Below, one piece after another: positions 60,612 through 64,000 of a stretch of 64,000 nucleotides of DNA. The first letter of the stretch is position 1. Every line of letters begins with the position of its first letter. The position numbers and the translations under genes were made by a program. The DNA lies in contig OZ240245.1 of NCBI GenBank assembly GCA_965198175.1, forward strand, positions 3,232,001 through 3,296,000. Direction: 5' to 3'. The DNA is from Candidatus Poribacteria bacterium. Lineage in GTDB: Bacteria; Poribacteria; WGA-4E; PCPOR2b. The notes below the pieces were generated by a model. That model made no database searches. It saw only the letters and a list, made by a program, of their open reading frames with translations, and was not told the origin of the DNA.

Positions 60612-62018
60612 CTAGTGGGATTGTTGTTTCTTGAGGTGGAGGAGGAGAGGATAGTCTCGAACCACGAGATTAGGGATAATAACGTTGCCATCTGTATAGT
60701 TCGTCCGCAGCGGTTGTTCAAAACCGGTCAAGGAGTCGATACCAACTACGCTTTCTGCTGGGAAGTCTTGGAGGGTCACGGTTGCGTTTACGCCGAGGGC
60801 GGTGTCGTGAGCTACGATATCGTCCCACAGGGAAATCAGGTGACTTCCATCGGGCAAGGTGAAGCTATAGCACTTCACCTGCTCGGCTTGAGTTGTGATT
60901 TGCAAGGGCAGGTCGGATGCCCTTGCACCCGCCATAACTGTGCACAGCGTGCGAATCGTGTAGACTCTTGGTACCGGCAACATACGTGCAGCCTGCATTT
61001 GGTTGTCAGCCATTATCATGTTCATCCCTAGATGCAATAGCGTTGCTCTAGCTTGATACTTCGCCGCGGTTAATTCTGTATGGTCGCAGCGTTCCGTTGG
61101 ATGGGGGTCTATTTCGGGCGTACGCCAGACCATCTCAGCTACCATGTATCCGCCGGTGAATCCCAGCGACGAGGCACGTTCCCTGAATCTATCTACAGTC
61201 CCCGGATAGTTACGCCAGTAGTCCTCGCCGGCACCGCCATGACCGCCGCTGCTGGGGGTATCGCCGTAAAAGGGGTGCCAAGAAATCGCGTCCGCTAGTG
61301 GCGCGGCGCCGCTGCGGAGTATCTTCTCAACATACCGCTGCGGTCCTTCGGTAAATCTTCCTACCGCTCCAATGACAATCTTCGCATCGGGGTTTTCCTT
61401 TAAGACAACCGGCACCAACTGCTGGCTGACGTTAGCGTAATCCTCAGCGTCAATGCCGCCGCGTTCTGCCGGATCGCCGGGGCCTGCGTCGGGCTCATTC
61501 CAAATCTCATACCATTGAATCCGATCCCGAAAATGCCGCGCCATGTATCGAGCGAAATCGAGGTATTTGTCGATTTCGTCCTGCGTCTTGAACCAGCGAT
61601 TGGGCTCCTGGTCACCCAACGCGCCATGGTGAGGGGTTGCCCAACGACCTGAGATTCCCGCTCCGACACCTAGGCTCAATACAATGTTGATATCGTTGTC
61701 AGCTAGCTCGGTGATATGCTGATCGAAGTCTCGATCGACTTCATGCACGCCGGGGGCGCGCAGCACCCGTTGCCAGTTTATCGGGCACGGCGACCAGAAG
61801 CCCATTCGAACCCATTTGAGTCCGATGTTGCACATCTTCTCTAGCGCGACCGTTAGGTCGCCGCTGATGTCATCATAGGTAAACCCGATACGGTTGTCTT
61901 TAAGTTCCTTCGATCTCTTGGGTTGAATCTTGGTCTGCGGATAGGGGTTCCGTTCCTGAAGGACGACGTTCTCGACGTAGTCGGGGCAAATCGGTTCAAG
62001 TTTGTCTGTGGGTGACAT
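60612..62018 (-). CDS. Clan GH-A glycoside hydrolase (GH39/GH5-like)
   Basis: GLKWVR, YEIWNEPD (acid/base), DAISWHP and MVAE (nucleophile-like) motifs. Confidence 0.7.
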   Translation of the reverse strand: MSPTDKLEPICPDYVENVVLQERNPYPQTKIQPKRSKELKDNRIGFTYDDISGDLTVALEKMCNIGLKWVRMGFWSPCPINWQRVLRAPGVHEVDRDFDQHITELADNDINIVLSLGVGAGISGRWATPHHGALGDQEPNRWFKTQDEIDKYLDFARYMARHFRDRIQWYEIWNEPDAGPGDPAERGGIDAEDYANVSQQLVPVVLKENPDAKIVIGAVGRFTEGPQRYVEKILRSGAAPLADAISWHPFYGDTPSSGGHGGAGEDYWRNYPGTVDRFRERASSLGFTGGYMVAEMVWRTPEIDPHPTERCDHTELTAAKYQARATLLHLGMNMIMADNQMQAARMLPVPRVYTIRTLCTVMAGARASDLPLQITTQAEQVKCYSFTLPDGSHLISLWDDIVAHDTALGVNATVTLQDFPAESVVGIDSLTGFEQPLRTNYTDGNVIIPNLVVRDYPLLLHLKKQQSH

Positions 62019-62161
62019 AGGGTAATGTTGTCCTTTCAAGCAGAGTGAGTGTGGAAAGGGCTAGGATACGGCTGTGGTTGTATACAAACTTGCGAGGACC
62101 TGTGGAAGAAGTGAGATTTACAGGTGTGCAGAGGAAATGTCCCAACGGATTGGTAAACCAA

Positions 62162-62959
62162 CTAGCGGGATTTTAGCATCGCCCAAGTTGTGGCAACCTT
62201 GTCGGAGGCTAACACGGCAAGGTTATCAATCCCTCCCATGAGTTCTTTGACATCTACCCCGCTCAACCCAACGTTGAAAATCACCACCTCATCTAAAAGG
62301 CCTGTGTACCAGCTTGCGGATGCCTGATTGCCAGCACCTAGGATGAGACTCACATGGTTAGCGACCTCAATGTCGCCGCCGAACTCGTCTTCATCCACAA
62401 CCTCACCGTTGATAAACAGCCGCGCATGTTCGCCGTCATAGGTGCCAGTAAGATGATACCACTCTTCTAGCTCAATGCTTTCGCTGCCAGAATTTAGCTC
62501 CTGTGGTCCCTTAACCGTCCAAAGGCGGAAGTTAATCGTTCCCTGTAATGTGCCTAGATAATAAACGCTTGCATCTGGTTCTCCCCTGTTCCTCTTCTCG
62601 ATGAAGGTGCGATCTGCTCCCGCCATGCCCGCCCAACTCTCCACAAAGACCCAGGCAGCAATCGTGGTAGCCTGCTCTGGATTCAAACTCCGGTGGCTCC
62701 GGCAATTGACATAGTCGTTCTGTCCGTTAAAACGCAGCGCCTTTCCGAATTTTCCGTTTACATGCTTAGCACCTCTAATCGTGCCATTATTACCCTTACC
62801 AGATCGGTCAATGGCTGTCTTAGCGTCGTTTTCATCAAAGCTCCAGTGCCCGACCGATGTTTCCATATCAATAACAGTGGTGCCTGCAACTGGATGCATG
62901 AGTACAAACGCTATCAGCATGAGTAATGTAAGACTTTGTTTTCCCATCTTGGTTCTCAC
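62162..62959 (-). CDS. Secreted LamG-like jellyroll domain protein
   Basis: Signal peptide; WSFDE, D-x-SG-x-GN-x-G, GKFGKAL-x-F and WYHLTGTYDG motifs; AVLASDKVATTWAMLK tail. Confidence 0.88.
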   Translation of the reverse strand: MRTKMGKQSLTLLMLIAFVLMHPVAGTTVIDMETSVGHWSFDENDAKTAIDRSGKGNNGTIRGAKHVNGKFGKALRFNGQNDYVNCRSHRSLNPEQATTIAAWVFVESWAGMAGADRTFIEKRNRGEPDASVYYLGTLQGTINFRLWTVKGPQELNSGSESIELEEWYHLTGTYDGEHARLFINGEVVDEDEFGGDIEVANHVSLILGAGNQASASWYTGLLDEVVIFNVGLSGVDVKELMGGIDNLAVLASDKVATTWAMLKSR

Positions 62960-63095
62960 CTCATCTTTTCATTGATACTGAATCTTCCCGCCATCTGCTC
63001 TTCTTACCATGCTTTTCGATAAGAATTCATCTTTGTGTATCACCGCATGATACAGGCTGACTTATGCGGTTGACCGCGAGTTGCCCAAACCGGAA

Positions 63096-63857
63096 TCAAC
63101 GGCTAATTTTAACTGTTCCCCACACGGTAGCCAATGAATCGCCGGGAGAAACGGAGAATGCGCCCGGATCGAATTCAGACAGGGCGGCTATCTCTTTGTC
63201 ATCTAGCAAACGATCGTAAATTCGTACCTCATCAAGAATCCCCACAAAGCCAGCAAGCCCACAACAGAACCCTAATCGAAGCGGCGATACACTTGGATCG
63301 AGCGTCTCCTTATCAGTTGCCACTTGACCGATTAGCTTACCATTGACATAGTAGGCGCCGGTCTGTTTCTTCGACTCAAAAGTTCCTGCAATATGATTCC
63401 AAGTTTCCAATTTCATCTCCGGACCTGTACGTGTTCCTTGCCATCTGCCACCCGAAAACAGGTCAAGCCGACCACCGCCGCGCAGTAAGTCGAGGTTGTA
63501 CTGATCGGTGAAGATGACTCGATTTTCCCCAGCAAAATCTAGCTTAGAAGGGAAAACCCAAGCAGCGGCGGTGAAATCCTTCTGCACCGTTAAAGCAGGG
63601 CTTGCAGGGATGCGGGCTTGAGCGTCCTTATCGGGAAAGCGCACTCCTCTTCCGAATTTTCCGCTATTCTCCCGGACGGCTGTTTGGATGTTTCCGTCAA
63701 GTTCGCTGACGCCAGCGTCCCTGATGATGTCATCTCTTCCCTCAAATGGATAATATGCAATGAGTCCTTCATCGAATTCAACAGACATCGCCTGTGCGCA
63801 CCATCCCAAAAGCACAAACAGCCACAAAGCGGAACTGCACAATGATTGATTTTTCAT
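63096..63857 (-). CDS. Secreted LamG-like jellyroll domain protein
   Basis: Signal peptide; YYPFE, GKFG, WNHIAGTF and LDEVRIY motifs; SVSPGDSLATVWGTVK tail. Confidence 0.87.
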   Translation of the reverse strand: MKNQSLCSSALWLFVLLGWCAQAMSVEFDEGLIAYYPFEGRDDIIRDAGVSELDGNIQTAVRENSGKFGRGVRFPDKDAQARIPASPALTVQKDFTAAAWVFPSKLDFAGENRVIFTDQYNLDLLRGGGRLDLFSGGRWQGTRTGPEMKLETWNHIAGTFESKKQTGAYYVNGKLIGQVATDKETLDPSVSPLRLGFCCGLAGFVGILDEVRIYDRLLDDKEIAALSEFDPGAFSVSPGDSLATVWGTVKISR

Positions 63858-64000
63858 CAGTTTTTCCTTTCTAAATTCCTTGCGAGTCTTTAGCCAAGTT
63901 GTGTTGAAGGTTAGATGTTCACGAAGGCAAGATGTAATACGTGGGCGCACCTCTCAAGACGGGAGACATTTCGCTTCTTATTCCGCATCTGTGGCGCGAA

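Overview
A bacterial chromosomal window. The many LamG and TolB proteins ending in a [AS]V-x-P-x-x-K-x-A-T-x-W-x-x-[LIV]-K tail suggest Candidatus Poribacteria or a relative (inference). 1-19 kb (+): two tandem LamG proteins, a TolB-like propeller, an M24 peptidase, an ADP-forming acyl-CoA ligase, a DUF6785-type membrane protein, an SDR and a carbohydrate-use block (two GH95-like paralogs, a GHL6 hydrolase, Gfo/Idh/MocA, a sugar-phosphate isomerase). 23-29 kb (-): nadD-yacG-yqeK-rsfS-argS and rimI. 29-34 kb: an accessory patch holding a split ORF, an AT-rich orphan and a two-gene unit. That unit is a DpnA-like adenine DNA methyltransferase followed by a TGT-fold transglycosylase fused to an ArcS/DUF5591-like domain, and is the best candidate here for an undescribed nucleic-acid modification system. 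An ArsC-like UxxC selenoprotein with a SECIS-like hairpin (40062-40409) is truncated in the ORF track. The rest includes tatD, a membrane-tethered ECF sigma factor, der, an AI-2E transporter with an inserted propeller, aspS with a ~73-aa insertion, hisS and two more LamG proteins. No tRNA, rRNA, CRISPR array or transposase was recognised. All calls come from reading motifs by eye, without database searches.
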